A DNA stretch of 36,051 nt from contig JBHIAT010000013.1 of the NCBI GenBank assembly GCA_046758705.1, forward strand, positions 1 through 36,051, given 5' to 3'. This DNA comes from Candidatus Bipolaricaulia bacterium (GTDB lineage: Bacteria > Bipolaricaulota > Bipolaricaulia > JBHIAT01). A program made the position numbers and the translations under genes. Positions 36,044 to 36,051 of this stretch are shown piece after piece (the stretch's first letter is position 1; each line of letters begins with the position of its first letter). The notes under the pieces were generated by a model, which did no database searches, had not been told where the DNA came from, and saw nothing but the letters and a program-made list of their open reading frames with translations.

Positions 36044-36051
36044 ATGTCAGT
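36044..36051 (+). CDS. Start of the next gene, truncated by the window edge
   Basis: AAGGAGGT RBS followed by ATG at 36044. Confidence 0.5.

Overview
Bacterial chromosomal window, fairly GC-rich and rich in GATC. The gene mix (type-2 ValRS, family-5 UDG, IPCT/DIPPS-like genes) tentatively suggests a deep-branching, possibly thermophilic lineage such as Ca. Bipolaricaulota; this is inference only. From left to right: (1) a ~1.1-kb scar region of fragments (internal tRNA-Val(GAC) piece, a 96-bp inverted-repeat element, an orphan AbrB-type antitoxin, a TnpB fragment and an isocitrate-dehydrogenase-family fragment); (2) divergent MFS/ArsR genes, a TolB-like propeller, a nucleotidyltransferase + CDP-alcohol phosphotransferase pair, a TIM-barrel isomerase and a decayed AAA-ATPase/DUF3226 module; (3) valS; (4) an ~11-kb sugar/polyol catabolic cluster with two aldolases, three kinases, a dehydrogenase, an ABC importer and DUF3179; (5) a NodI/J-like ABC exporter, small genes and an AbrB/VapC toxin-antitoxin cassette bracketed by 29-bp direct repeats; (6) housekeeping genes (UDG, HAD, zincin, NUDIX, cupin, methyltransferase, cyclase, aminotransferase, yigZ, ruvA, GT4). 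The best finding is absent from the ORF track. Upstream of valS there is a near-consensus sigma70 promoter, a 32-codon leader ORF with 7 Val codons and a strong RBS, and a full set of mutually exclusive hairpins ending in an intrinsic terminator. This looks like a valine-sensing, ribosome-mediated attenuator controlling valyl-tRNA synthetase, rather than a T-box.
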